This document shows positions 1 to 8,862 of a stretch of DNA of 64,000 bases, piece by piece. Source of the stretch: a virus. Lineage: Duplodnaviria > Caudoviricetes. The stretch is taken from positions 10,270-74,269 of the IMG/VR virus record IMGVR_UViG_3300047447_000196; one strand, given 5' to 3'. Every line of letters starts with the position of its first letter. Position 1 is the first letter of the stretch. A program made the position numbers and the translations under genes. The notes under the pieces are model-generated. The model saw only the letters and a program-made list of their open reading frames with translations, ran no database searches and was not told the DNA's origin.

Positions 1-109
1 GCACGGAGCTGTCGAACCAGTTGGTCGAGGCCGAGTAGGCGTCACGCGCCAGGGCGACCCAGTCGGGCGTGCTTTGCGCCGGCGCGGCGGTGTTGGTCTG
101 GTCGTCCAT
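1..109 (-). CDS. Probable portal protein, N-terminal 36 aa only (runs off the window edge)
   Basis: ATG at 109 gives MDDQTNTAAPAQSTPDWVALARDAYSASTNWFDSSV. It resembles portal N-termini of podovirus-like phages and lies downstream of terminase on the same strand. Not in the ORF track. Confidence 0.5.
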   Translation of the reverse strand, partial: MDDQTNTAAPAQSTPDWVALARDAYSASTNWFDSSV

Positions 110-118
110 GGGGCCTCG

Positions 119-475
119 TTAGCGGTCGAACACGAAGTCGCCGGCGAAGTTGGTCGCCAGCTGGGTGTACTGCGATTCGTTGAACTGGCCCCGGGACAGG
201 CGGAAGCGCTCGAGGATCTCGCCGCCGGCGCGGATCACGTCCTTCCTGAACTCGGACGCCGAGTAGATGTCCACGAGTTTCAGGCGGTAGCCCCACTGGC
301 CGGACAGCATCAGGTCGTGGATGTTGGCCACGCCGTTCGGGCCGTCGACGTTGATCGCCCACAGGTGGCCCGGGTAGTGGCTGTGCAGCGTGTCGGCGAT
401 CTCCTTGGCGAGGATCATGTCGTGCGCGCTGGTCGCCATGGCGCTGTCGTCCAGGCCGACGAGGATTTTGCTCAT
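119..475 (-). CDS. Hypothetical phage protein (118 aa) upstream of the putative portal
   Basis: Clean ORF with GC-rich codon usage, co-oriented with the structural genes. Confidence 0.75.
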   Translation of the reverse strand: MSKILVGLDDSAMATSAHDMILAKEIADTLHSHYPGHLWAINVDGPNGVANIHDLMLSGQWGYRLKLVDIYSASEFRKDVIRAGGEILERFRLSRGQFNESQYTQLATNFAGDFVFDR

Positions 476-493
476 GGGGGGTGTCCTAAAGGG

Positions 494-655
494 TCAGTCG
501 TCGTAGAAATCCGGCTCGGTCTCGCTCTGGATCAGGCGAGCCTTCTCGTAGTCGGACAGCCACTGGTATTGCTGGAAGGAGTACAGGGCGCGGATGGAGT
601 CGGGCAGCGCCTGGTACTCGCGGTAGACCAGGCTCGATTCGTTCATGGCTTCCAT
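494..655 (-). CDS. Small hypothetical protein (53 aa, MEAMNESSLVYREYQALPDSIRALYSFQQYQWLSDYEKARLIQSETEPDFYDD)
   Basis: Read manually; the start abuts the stop of the 1389-aa ORF (translational coupling). Confidence 0.7.
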   Translation of the reverse strand: MEAMNESSLVYREYQALPDSIRALYSFQQYQWLSDYEKARLIQSETEPDFYDD

Positions 656-3600
656 CTACACCACCGTGATCGTGTGGTTCAGGGCGTTGTAGCCGGTCGC
701 CGCTTCCCACAGGCCGGTGTTGGCCAGCCGGATCGCGTAGGCCGGGTTCGCGGCGAGGGTGGCATCCGCATCCGGCAGCGCCAGGAACAAGGCGTAGCTG
801 CCCGCCGCCATCCCGGCCGGCAGGAGCAAGGTCTCGTTCACGTCCGTGGTCGTGCCGGCCAGCCAGGTCCGGGGGTCGGTGCCCAAGGCCAGGCGCGTCT
901 CGGCGCCCGTCGTCGTGTTGCGCAGCACGAGGTAGACGGTGCGGCCGGAGACCGGGGCGGCGAACCCGCTGTTGTTGACCGAGAACGCCACATTGATGCT
1001 GGTGCCGCGGGTGCCGACGGTGGGGTAGCTGCCGGTCGTGAGGGCCAGGCGGTAGCCGAGGCGCTTGCTGATCGTCGCGTAGTCGCCGCTGTCCTTCCAC
1101 GACTGGATGACGAGATCCTGGTAGCCGGAATTGATGAAGGTCCAGTGGAACCGGGTCATCTCGGCGATGGCCGTCGCGCCGCTGGATCTCGGCTCGTTGT
1201 AGGTGCAGGTCTCGCCGCCCATCGGCACATAGAGGGTGTCGGCGGCCAGGAAGGCTTCTTCGGTCGGCTGGTCGTAGTAGGTGCCGGAATCGTCCGGGCC
1301 GGACAGGAAACAGTCGTTGAAGTGGCCGACGCGGGAGCGCGCGCTGCCGTCGAACGCGGTGCTGCTGGAGACCGGCGTGTTGCCGGTGTTGTACATCTTG
1401 ATCCACGGCTGGCGCACCTGCACCCAGCGGTGCGCCGGCATCACGGCCAGGGCCTTGTCGACCACGGCCTTGCGCAGCTGGCGGTTGGCGTCGGACAGGT
1501 TCGGCGGCCACGAGTCGGCGCCGAAGTTGTTGGACCCCTGGAATTCGCCCCAGCGTCCCACGAAGCCGGCCTGCATGCCGAAGATCACGTCGTCGTTGGC
1601 GGAGAGATATGGCGCCAGCTGGTCGAGGTGGCCCTGGATGCGGGTGAGCGTGGCGTCGGCGGTGTCGGTCGAGGTGTAGGCGAACCGGAGGATCGCCTTC
1701 ATGCCGAGCGAACGGATCGAGTCGAGGTGCGACTGGAAGGCGTTCAGGAACGTGGCATCCAGCGCGGCGGTCTTGTACGAGGACAGGTAGGCCTGGTACA
1801 GCACCAGGCTCATGTTCTGGGCCTTGTACTGGTTCAGGTTCGCTGCCGAAAAATCGCCGGTGTGCAGCAGGTGGACATACAGGCCGCGTTCCGGGTTGGC
1901 AAAATCGGCGGTGCTGGCGGTGTAGGTCACGCTGCTGCCGGCGCTGCTGGCGACGATGGCGGCCTGGACACTCTGGGCCTGCTTCGTCATCGCCAGGCCG
2001 CTGCTCGATTTCGCCACGGCGGCCTGGGCGCGCTGGCCCTGCTTCGTCGTGACGTTCGACAGGTTCTCGTAGCTGCCCAGCAGCGCGGCGCGCTGGCCCT
2101 GCGTCGTCGCGGCGCTGGCGCTGATGCCGGTGCCGCCCAGCAGGGCTGCACGCTGCGCCTGGCGGGTGCTGGCGGTGCTCGGGGTGGCCGTGATCGCCAG
2201 CGCGCCGGTCGACGACTGGCGGTGGTTCGTCTTGACGGTGAGATCCAGCAGCGGGGCCTTGGCGGTCTGCGCGAGGCGCGGCACCACGGCGAACTGCGCG
2301 CCGTAGCCGTAGTTCGGTTTCGTCGGGCGCGACTGGAACTTGTTCCAGGCGGTCAGGCCGCCCGGATAGCCCGCGTCGACCGTGAAGGCCAGCGCCGGCT
2401 GGTAGTCGGCCGCGAAGCCGACCGTGGAGTCCGGGTAGCCGTCGATGTCGCCCGGCAGCAGCGGCGAGCCGGCGGTGGCGAGGCGCTGCGGCGAGTCGCA
2501 GGGGTACTGCGCCTGGCTGGCCGGGATCGTGAACTGCCAGCACTGGGCCAGCGTCGGGAACATCGGCGCGGACGAGGTGGTCTTGACGCCCAGCGAGTAG
2601 GCGCAGGAATCCTGCACGCAGATCGCCGGGTCGAGCATGCGGCCGACCTGGAATTTCGCTTTCCAGTCCAGCAGGCGCTTGGCCTCGCTGTTCCCCAGCA
2701 GCTCGACGCCGTGGCCGATCGACATGGTGAAGAAGTCGTCCTGCCAGCAGGCCAGGCCGTTGGCGCTGCCGCCGTTGATGTTGTAGGCCAGCGCCTGATC
2801 CTCGATCACGCCCAGCGGGTTGCTGTTGCCGTCGACGTACTTGGCGACGTACCAGGCGATGTTGTCGGCGTAGCAGGTGGTGAAATGCGACTTCAGGTAG
2901 TGGTCGTCCGGCGTGATCGCGGCGGCCTGCGCGATCGTGCGCATGCTCCATGCCTGGCCGCGCACCTGGTCGGGGTGGACCAGCGACTTGCCGAACTCCC
3001 TGTAGTACGGGTTCCCGAAGTACATGTCGTAGGTGGCGAAGAACTGCAACTGCTCCAGATAGAAGTAGTCGCCGCTCAAGAGGTACGGCAGGTAGCAGAT
3101 GCCCGGCTGGTGCGCGCAATCGACCACGCCCTGCGTGACGGTGGTCAGGTCGGGCAGCTTCTCGTTCTTGCCGGTGGCCGGGTTGAGCGCATCGCCGGGG
3201 TTGCCGAGGATGCAGGCGTACGGGAAGTTCCTGGTCGACAGCGGCAGGCCGCGGCCCGGCCCGCTGCTGTCGTCGCGCCGGCAGATCGGCCAGGAACCGG
3301 CAATGTCGCCGGCCGCCAGCACGATCGCCTTGGCGCGGCGGTCCATGGTGAGGATCGCGGCGACGTGGGTGTCCGGCATGATGCCGATGTCGCTGCGCCC
3401 GCCGGTGGTCGGCATGTACGGCGTGAAGCGGCCGAACTTCATCGGCTCGTAGGTGCCGCCGGTGAGCCAGGTGTCGTAGCTGGCCAGCTCGCTTTCGGGG
3501 AAGGTGATGCTCTGGTCGTAGTTCGGGACCAGTTTCGACGCGATCAGGTAGGCGGTGTCGTGGCGGACGTGCAGGGTCGGCGCTTGCCCGATCCAGAACG

Positions 3601-4825
3601 TCTTCTTCCAGCGCCCGGTCGGCGTGTGGGTCAGCCCCGTCTTGCTGTAATAGGTGGTCGCACCGGCCTTGAGCGTGACGTCGTAGGTGATGTCGGTCGT
3701 CGACAGGTAGGCCTTGGTGTGCTCGACGGTGGCGTCGACGCGGACCTGGCCGCTGCTGAACACGCGCACCGAGAACTGGGCGGTCAGGGTCGGGTGCGGG
3801 CCGGCAGCGCCGACGAACGGCACGTTGAAGATGAAGTCCGAGGCGACCGGGCCGGCGAGCCAGGTGTCGTAGGCGGCGCCGGCGCAGCTGGCGGTCCAGG
3901 TGGCGCCGGCGATGACGAGCTGGGCGACCGGCAGCGTGGCCGGCATGGCGACCGCAGGCAGGCCCGGGGGAGAAGCGGCGCGGCGGATCGACAGCGTCTG
4001 CGAGCTGGATGCGGCCAGACTCGGCATCACGCCGCACAGGATCGCGTGGCGCACCGAGCCGTCCGCGTGTTTCGCCTTGACGGTGAACTGGGCCGGGACG
4101 CTGGTGCCGTCCGGCTGCACCAGGGCGACGTTCGCGCCCGCACTTGGGAGGTGGCCCGAGGCGAACGCATGGCCGAGGTAGAACGGCGCGTTGGTGACAG
4201 GCGTGGCGGCGGTGTTCTCGATCTTGAGCGTGGTGATCTCGCTGCCGAGCGGGATCGGGTCCTCGCTGCCCGGCAGCTTGCCGTCGATTCCCATCACGCT
4301 TGCTGCGTACTGGGCCTGGCGGGTGGTCACGGCGCCGGCGATCGGCGGGTTGGCGCCGTTGAGGGCGATGCCGACCTGGGTCTTCTGCGCCTGGCGGCTG
4401 GTCGCGGTGCTGTTGGTCGCCAGGTTCTCGCTGGTGATCGTGACCTGCAAGGCGCTGTGCTGGCGCTGGCGGGTCGCCACGTCGGCGTCCAGCTGCGGAT
4501 CGACACCATCGACACCGAACACGGCGGCGACCAGCTGGGCCTGCATGGACGCGGCGCTGGCGTCGGTGACGATGTTCTCGCTGGTGACGGCGGCGTCGGC
4601 GGCCACGAACTGCACCTGGCGGGTGACGACGGAAAGCGTCAGTTCCGGCGGCAGGTCGTCGCGCGGCGCGTACAGGGTCGAGTTGACGTCGGTGACGAAG
4701 GTGCGGCCGCCGAACCCATAGGCGAGCACCGGCCGCGCATCGAAGTTGGCGGCGGGATCGGCCATCCCGACTTCCTCCGACCACAGGCGGGTCGAGAAGC
4801 TCGGAATGGTGGGATCGTTACTCAT
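656..4825 (-). CDS. Large virion spike/depolymerase-like protein (1389 aa): TxQxQ repeats, PL26/PcRGLX-like lyase-type region, C-terminal DUF4874+DUF4832 glycoside-hydrolase-like region
   Basis: PFYLGHAF..G..P..Q..DGSVRHA resembles the PcRGLX-type N-terminal barrel. NPERGLY, LRFAY, QAGFVGRWGE, GHFNDCFL, GGETC and RLGYR resemble DUF4874/DUF4832. Lies in the structural gene block. Confidence 0.7.
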   Translation of the reverse strand: MSNDPTIPSFSTRLWSEEVGMADPAANFDARPVLAYGFGGRTFVTDVNSTLYAPRDDLPPELTLSVVTRQVQFVAADAAVTSENIVTDASAASMQAQLVAAVFGVDGVDPQLDADVATRQRQHSALQVTITSENLATNSTATSRQAQKTQVGIALNGANPPIAGAVTTRQAQYAASVMGIDGKLPGSEDPIPLGSEITTLKIENTAATPVTNAPFYLGHAFASGHLPSAGANVALVQPDGTSVPAQFTVKAKHADGSVRHAILCGVMPSLAASSSQTLSIRRAASPPGLPAVAMPATLPVAQLVIAGATWTASCAGAAYDTWLAGPVASDFIFNVPFVGAAGPHPTLTAQFSVRVFSSGQVRVDATVEHTKAYLSTTDITYDVTLKAGATTYYSKTGLTHTPTGRWKKTFWIGQAPTLHVRHDTAYLIASKLVPNYDQSITFPESELASYDTWLTGGTYEPMKFGRFTPYMPTTGGRSDIGIMPDTHVAAILTMDRRAKAIVLAAGDIAGSWPICRRDDSSGPGRGLPLSTRNFPYACILGNPGDALNPATGKNEKLPDLTTVTQGVVDCAHQPGICYLPYLLSGDYFYLEQLQFFATYDMYFGNPYYREFGKSLVHPDQVRGQAWSMRTIAQAAAITPDDHYLKSHFTTCYADNIAWYVAKYVDGNSNPLGVIEDQALAYNINGGSANGLACWQDDFFTMSIGHGVELLGNSEAKRLLDWKAKFQVGRMLDPAICVQDSCAYSLGVKTTSSAPMFPTLAQCWQFTIPASQAQYPCDSPQRLATAGSPLLPGDIDGYPDSTVGFAADYQPALAFTVDAGYPGGLTAWNKFQSRPTKPNYGYGAQFAVVPRLAQTAKAPLLDLTVKTNHRQSSTGALAITATPSTASTRQAQRAALLGGTGISASAATTQGQRAALLGSYENLSNVTTKQGQRAQAAVAKSSSGLAMTKQAQSVQAAIVASSAGSSVTYTASTADFANPERGLYVHLLHTGDFSAANLNQYKAQNMSLVLYQAYLSSYKTAALDATFLNAFQSHLDSIRSLGMKAILRFAYTSTDTADATLTRIQGHLDQLAPYLSANDDVIFGMQAGFVGRWGEFQGSNNFGADSWPPNLSDANRQLRKAVVDKALAVMPAHRWVQVRQPWIKMYNTGNTPVSSSTAFDGSARSRVGHFNDCFLSGPDDSGTYYDQPTEEAFLAADTLYVPMGGETCTYNEPRSSGATAIAEMTRFHWTFINSGYQDLVIQSWKDSGDYATISKRLGYRLALTTGSYPTVGTRGTSINVAFSVNNSGFAAPVSGRTVYLVLRNTTTGAETRLALGTDPRTWLAGTTTDVNETLLLPAGMAAGSYALFLALPDADATLAANPAYAIRLANTGLWEAATGYNALNHTITVV

Positions 4826-4946
4826 CTAGGTCCTCTGGAATGGGCAGCGGCTTGGGTGGCGGCGACTTGGGCGGCAGGCTGTCCAGCCAGGCCACGAAGT
4901 CCGGCGACGGCTCGAACGGCGCGGGTGGGAACGCGCCGTCCGCCAT
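4818..4946 (-). CDS. Possible small proline-rich protein (42 aa)
   Basis: ATG overlaps the stop of the upstream ORF; the stop overlaps the start of the 1389-aa ORF. Confidence 0.35.
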   Translation of the reverse strand: MADGAFPPAPFEPSPDFVAWLDSLPPKSPPPKPLPIPEDLDE

Positions 4947-5206
4947 CACATCCCCCTGCCCTTGTGCTTGGCGTGGGCCGGGATTTGGTTGGCCTGGTTG
5001 TGGGTGTCGGTGCGGACCACGCCTCTAGCGGTCGGCACGCTCGGCACCTGGCGGCTGGTCTTCGGCACTGGCGGACGCGCCATCGGCGACGGCGCGGCGC
5101 TTGGTGCCGGGACGGCAGCCGGACGGGCAGCCTTCGGCGGCAGCGGCGGCGGGTTCATGGACGGCACTTGTTCCGGCTTGGCGACAGGCTTGACGAACTT
5201 CTTCAT
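4946..5206 (-). CDS. Pro/Ala/Lys-rich hypothetical protein (86 aa, MKKFVKPVAKP...)
   Basis: ATG at 5206 preceded by GGAG; it is the C-terminal part of track ORF 4946..6235. Confidence 0.55.
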   Translation of the reverse strand: MKKFVKPVAKPEQVPSMNPPPLPPKAARPAAVPAPSAAPSPMARPPVPKTSRQVPSVPTARGVVRTDTHNQANQIPAHAKHKGRGM

Positions 5207-5260
5207 GGGAGGTCTCCGAAAGTCTTGACAGGTGGTAACGAACCGCGACAAACTGGCGCG

Positions 5261-6499
5261 ATGGATATCCAAAAAGAAACGGAACGGGCCGAAGTCCTGC
5301 TGCCGGCCCAGCTCGACGACGATGTGCTGCGCTACGTGATGGAGTGCGCGCACCTGAACAACCCGGACGGCGCGCGCCTGGTGAAGTCGATCCACCTTTT
5401 CATGCACGAGGCGCTGCGCACCAGGCCACCCGAGCCGCAGTACCACGCCACGCTGCGCGGCATGGCCGATTGCATGGACATGGTCTGGCGGGAGCTGATC
5501 GAGGCCGGGGTGATCGACCAGAAGGTGGCGCCGATGTTCGTGGCCGAGGCGGTGCTGGCCCGGCTGGATGGTCTGCGCAACGAAATGCTCGTCGTGCAAC
5601 GTCGCCTCGCCGGCGAGACCCTGCGCGCCGGTCTGGCCGAGGCGCGCGCCGCGTCGAAGTCGAAGGAGTGCATCGAGCTGCGCGAGCGCATGGCGGCAAG
5701 GCCGGCGATCCCGGCCACGCCGGAGCAGGCCATCGCCTTCATCGGCAACCAGTGCGAGGTGCGCGAGGATGCGGTGCCGCTGGACCGGACCCGCTTCCAG
5801 CTCACCGTCCACGATCTGCTGTCTGCGTTCCGCTGGTGGTTCCACGATGACGTGGCTGACGGCGCGATCTACGAGGCGGTGTCGCGCCGTGCCGATCCGG
5901 CAGCGCATGATGCGGCCGTCGCCGAGTCCATGGCCGTGCTGTCTAATTCCGCCGAATTCGACGGAATTAGAATGCCTACAGGCCGGGACCAAACCGCTGT
6001 TCCGGTGGCGACCGGAGCCGTTGAAACCCGCATGGATACTGGCTTCCAGCCTCTGCCAGAGGGTGGGCCTAATTCCCCCGAATTCGAGGGAATTAACAAA
6101 GCCGTGACTGTCACGGAAAAGGGGCCGTGGCAGGCCGAGGAAATCGCGCAACGGCTGCCCCCGCCCCGCGCTACGGTCGCTGCGGTGACGGCCGAGCTTC
6201 TGGCCGCCGGCAACGCGGTGGTCGAGCACTGGCACTCGCGCGACTGGAAAAAGCCGCCTACTGCGGATGTCATCGCCCGGCTGACGAGGGCGGTAGGCCG
6301 GGTCAAACGTGGCCGTGAGCTGTACACCTGCGTCGACAAGGGCGGCGAATACGAACTGGTTGGCGAGGCGAAGGGCGCCGGGACGTTGAAGACTTATTCG
6401 GGCTTGATCGTCTACCAGGACAGCATGACCGGGCAGATGTACTGCCGTTCGATGACGGACTTCGACAAGCGCATGCAGCGCATCAAGGAGACGCTGTGA
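5261..6499 (+). CDS. Mosaic hypothetical phage protein (412 aa); the last ~55 aa are DUF1653-like
   Basis: The real coding part of track ORF 74..6499 starts at MDIQKETE (5261). The C-terminus YTCVDKGGEYELVG...VYQD...YCRSMTDF resembles small DUF1653-type domains. Confidence 0.65.
   Translation: MDIQKETERAEVLLPAQLDDDVLRYVMECAHLNNPDGARLVKSIHLFMHEALRTRPPEPQYHATLRGMADCMDMVWRELIEAGVIDQKVAPMFVAEAVLARLDGLRNEMLVVQRRLAGETLRAGLAEARAASKSKECIELRERMAARPAIPATPEQAIAFIGNQCEVREDAVPLDRTRFQLTVHDLLSAFRWWFHDDVADGAIYEAVSRRADPAAHDAAVAESMAVLSNSAEFDGIRMPTGRDQTAVPVATGAVETRMDTGFQPLPEGGPNSPEFEGINKAVTVTEKGPWQAEEIAQRLPPPRATVAAVTAELLAAGNAVVEHWHSRDWKKPPTADVIARLTRAVGRVKRGRELYTCVDKGGEYELVGEAKGAGTLKTYSGLIVYQDSMTGQMYCRSMTDFDKRMQRIKETL
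5942..6095. repeat. Two related near-perfect palindromes inside the CDS
   Basis: TCTAATTCCGCCGAATTCGACGGAATTAGA (5942-5971) and TAATTCCCCCGAATTCGAGGGAATTA (6070-6095). Each has one mismatched pair at the same position; centres are 126 bp apart. Confidence 0.9.
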
Positions 6500-6960
6500 A
6501 CGTATTGTTTTTTGACATCGACGGCGTCGTGAATTCCGAGCGCAGCAGCCTGGGGCTGGGCGGCTACCCGCACAGCTTCGCCGAGACCGACATGCCCAAG
6601 TTCGACCACGTCGCCGTGGGCCTGATCCGCAGGCTGTGCCGCGTGACCAAGACGCAGATCGTGCTGTCGTCCACCTGGCGCATGTACCACACGCCGGGGC
6701 AGGTATCCGAGGCGCTGGACCTGCCGGTGATCGACAGGACGGCGGACCACGGCAGCTACGACACGCGGGGCAGCGAGATCGCGGCCTGGCTCGCCGAGCA
6801 TCCCGAGGTCGAGGCCTACGCGATCGTCGACGACGTGCCGGTCTGCGACGGGCATCCCGACCTGCAGGCGCGCTTCGTGCAGACCAACCCGATGACCGGC
6901 CTGTCTCTCGACGACTATCGCCAGCTGCGCCACCTGCTCGCCCCGGAGTGCTACGAATGA
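6496..6960 (+). CDS. HAD-superfamily phosphatase, HAD_SAK_2 (Swiss-Army-Knife RNA-repair-like)
   Basis: FFDIDGVVN motif I, IVLSSTWR, RGSEIAAWL, YAIVDD. Confidence 0.85.
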   Translation: MNVLFFDIDGVVNSERSSLGLGGYPHSFAETDMPKFDHVAVGLIRRLCRVTKTQIVLSSTWRMYHTPGQVSEALDLPVIDRTADHGSYDTRGSEIAAWLAEHPEVEAYAIVDDVPVCDGHPDLQARFVQTNPMTGLSLDDYRQLRHLLAPECYE

Positions 6961-7226
6961 ACTACGCTGATCACCTGCCCAATGGCTGGGCCAAAATCGC
7001 ACAACAACTGCAAGAGCGGCTGGAACCGTTCGTGGCTGCAGGAGGGCGTGTCTTGCAGGTCAAGGAAAAGTTCGGCGGCCTGCGCGTCTACACCGTAGGC
7101 CACGATGTGCCCGACCTGGACGACCTGTACGAGGCCGCCGAACAGACCTGCGTGGAGTGCGGCGCACCAGGCACCATGAGCACCCGGCACGGCTGGGTCA
7201 GCCCCCGCTGCGAGGAGCACACATGA
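6957..7226 (+). CDS. Conserved phage hypothetical protein (QVKEKFGGLRVY...CVECG family, 89 aa)
   Basis: ATGA overlap with the upstream stop; recognisable QVKEKFGGLR motif and a CxxC...C zinc finger. Confidence 0.8.
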   Translation: MNYADHLPNGWAKIAQQLQERLEPFVAAGGRVLQVKEKFGGLRVYTVGHDVPDLDDLYEAAEQTCVECGAPGTMSTRHGWVSPRCEEHT

Positions 7227-7492
7227 CGAGCCGCGCCATCGACGCCCACTACGACGCCGACTACGTGCTGACCGACGCCGACCGCGAGCGCGGCGCGGTG
7301 AAGATCGACCCGTACTTCGTGGCGCTGCAGTGGAGGACCGGGACCAGGGACCCGTCGGGCGTCCTGTTCCACCTGCTCAAGACCATCGCCCGCTTCGGCG
7401 AGAAGAACAGCCGGGAGCGCGAGATCCGCGCCCTGTACAAGAGCCTGCTGCGCCTCGCTGCACTGGAAGGCGTGGAGCTGGATCATGAGTGA
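7223..7492 (+). CDS. Hypothetical protein (89 aa, MTSRAIDAHY...)
   Basis: ATGA overlap, operon-like packing. Confidence 0.7.
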   Translation: MTSRAIDAHYDADYVLTDADRERGAVKIDPYFVALQWRTGTRDPSGVLFHLLKTIARFGEKNSREREIRALYKSLLRLAALEGVELDHE

Positions 7493-7793
7493 CCACGACT
7501 ACCAGCGCGCCGTCATCGGGATGGGCGAGATCCTGACCGGCGTGGTCAATGCCTGCCGGGGCGAGCCGCCCGAGGACTGTTCCTGGTCGACGCATGACGC
7601 TGCGGAGCTGGCCGGCAAGGCCGCGGCCGTGGCCAACGCGGCGCTGGCGGTCTACGGCCCTGATTCCGGTGACGCCGAGTCGGAGGCGTTCGTCCGCGCC
7701 CTGTACGACTGGCGTCTCGTGGTCGAGGACACCATCAGGCAGCGCGCCGAGCTGGACGAGCTGCGCGAGAACCAGGGGAGACTGGAACCATGA
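7485..7793 (+). CDS. Hypothetical protein (102 aa)
   Basis: Overlapping start and stop in the + strand cluster. Confidence 0.7.
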   Translation: MSDHDYQRAVIGMGEILTGVVNACRGEPPEDCSWSTHDAAELAGKAAAVANAALAVYGPDSGDAESEAFVRALYDWRLVVEDTIRQRAELDELRENQGRLEP

Positions 7794-7933
7794 CCAATCC
7801 GACCGCTCGCGCCCTTGCGACCGCTGCCATGGGCGGCAGCGCCGCACTCATTTCATTCGCCGCACCATCTGTCGCCATCATGGCCGTCATCGGCCTGGTG
7901 CTTGGCGTCTATTTCATCTGGGAGGGAGCATGA
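7790..7933 (+). CDS. Small membrane protein (47 aa, MTNPTARALATAAMGGSAALISFAAPSVAIMAVIGLVLGVYFIWEGA)
   Basis: Read manually; ATGA overlaps at both ends; hydrophobic C-terminal helix. Confidence 0.6.
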   Translation: MTNPTARALATAAMGGSAALISFAAPSVAIMAVIGLVLGVYFIWEGA

Positions 7934-8145
7934 CCGACACCAACGAGAACATCCAGTTCGACCCCGAGAAGATCGCCAAGCTGCAACCGTGGAAGGCGTC
8001 CGACTACCTGAACACCGACGAGGAGATCGCGGCCTACCTGGAAGCCGTGCTGGACGAGCCGGACGGCGATCCCGAGAAAGAGGTGCTGATGCTGTGCAGC
8101 GTGCTGCGCGACGTGATCGCCGCACTCAGGAAGCGCCAGGCATGA
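7930..8145 (+). CDS. Addiction-module antidote (HI1420-like) N-terminal homologue lacking the HTH (71 aa)
   Basis: PWKASDYLNTDEEIAAYLEAVLDE..GDP resembles the N-terminus of the HI1420-type antidote family; GGAG RBS upstream. Confidence 0.6.
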   Translation: MTDTNENIQFDPEKIAKLQPWKASDYLNTDEEIAAYLEAVLDEPDGDPEKEVLMLCSVLRDVIAALRKRQA

Positions 8146-8402
8146 AGCCCGACGAACCGATCCTGAAGGAGGGCGACGTCGTCCAGCTCTCGCCGCGCGT
8201 CGGCAACCCGATGTTCGCCTGCTGCATGATGACCGTCACCGAACCCAAGGCCTGGGGAGCGCAGGGCTACGTCCAGATGACCGGCGAGCACGGCCAGCCC
8301 GGCGGGCAGGCGTTCTACCGCGCCAAGTGGGACGAGATGGAGTACGTCGGCCAGTGTGTGTGGATACGGGGCCGCGGCGACGAGGACGAGGTCGGGCAGT
8401 GA
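8142..8402 (+). CDS. Hypothetical protein (86 aa, MKPDEPILKEGDVVQLSP...)
   Basis: ATGA overlap; C-terminal part of track ORF 7815..8402. Confidence 0.7.
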   Translation: MKPDEPILKEGDVVQLSPRVGNPMFACCMMTVTEPKAWGAQGYVQMTGEHGQPGGQAFYRAKWDEMEYVGQCVWIRGRGDEDEVGQ

Positions 8403-8602
8403 GCGATCCGACCCTGGTCTACGTGCCCAGCGGTCTGCCGCGCCGTTACTGCACCGAGGACAGCCCCATGCAGATGCCGGACAAGGACGCCTACCAGTGG
8501 GGGCATCCTGACGCCGGCCGCATCCGCGCCTTCTTCAACCTTGCCATCTACCAGTGCCCGCACTGCGGGCTGACCTTCCACGCACCGGAGAGACCACAAT
8601 GA
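8399..8602 (+). CDS. Small zinc-ribbon protein (67 aa, CPHC)
   Basis: GTGA overlap with the upstream stop. Confidence 0.6.
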   Translation: MSDPTLVYVPSGLPRRYCTEDSPMQMPDKDAYQWGHPDAGRIRAFFNLAIYQCPHCGLTFHAPERPQ

Positions 8603-8832
8603 GCAAGCCCATGCAGCGCGCAGTACCCTATATCCCGTTCCTCGAGTTCCTGGCCGAGGCGGGCTGCGAGTCCGACGAGGATCTGGTCGAGCTGATGGAC
8701 GGCATCGCCGACACGCTCGGCGACATGTTCGGCTTCCAGAGCGACCGCTACGAAGCGGTGGAACGCTTCGTCACCCGCCTGCAGGCAGCTGCGGATGCGG
8801 CAGCGCTGAGCCAGTCCATGGCGAAGAACTGA
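8599..8832 (+). CDS. Acidic hypothetical protein (77 aa)
   Basis: ATGA overlap, GGAG upstream. Confidence 0.65.
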   Translation: MSKPMQRAVPYIPFLEFLAEAGCESDEDLVELMDGIADTLGDMFGFQSDRYEAVERFVTRLQAAADAAALSQSMAKN

Positions 8833-8862
8833 CCCACTGCACGCCGAACCGAGGAATCGAGC

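Noticed and set aside
74-5260. N-terminal ~1730 aa of the 2141-aa + strand ORF, and the 1432-aa ORF 486..4784
   Set aside because: Antisense or alternate-frame shadows of the 1389-aa gene in high-GC DNA; low-complexity Arg/Gly/Ala content with no motifs. Only 5261-6499 is taken as real.
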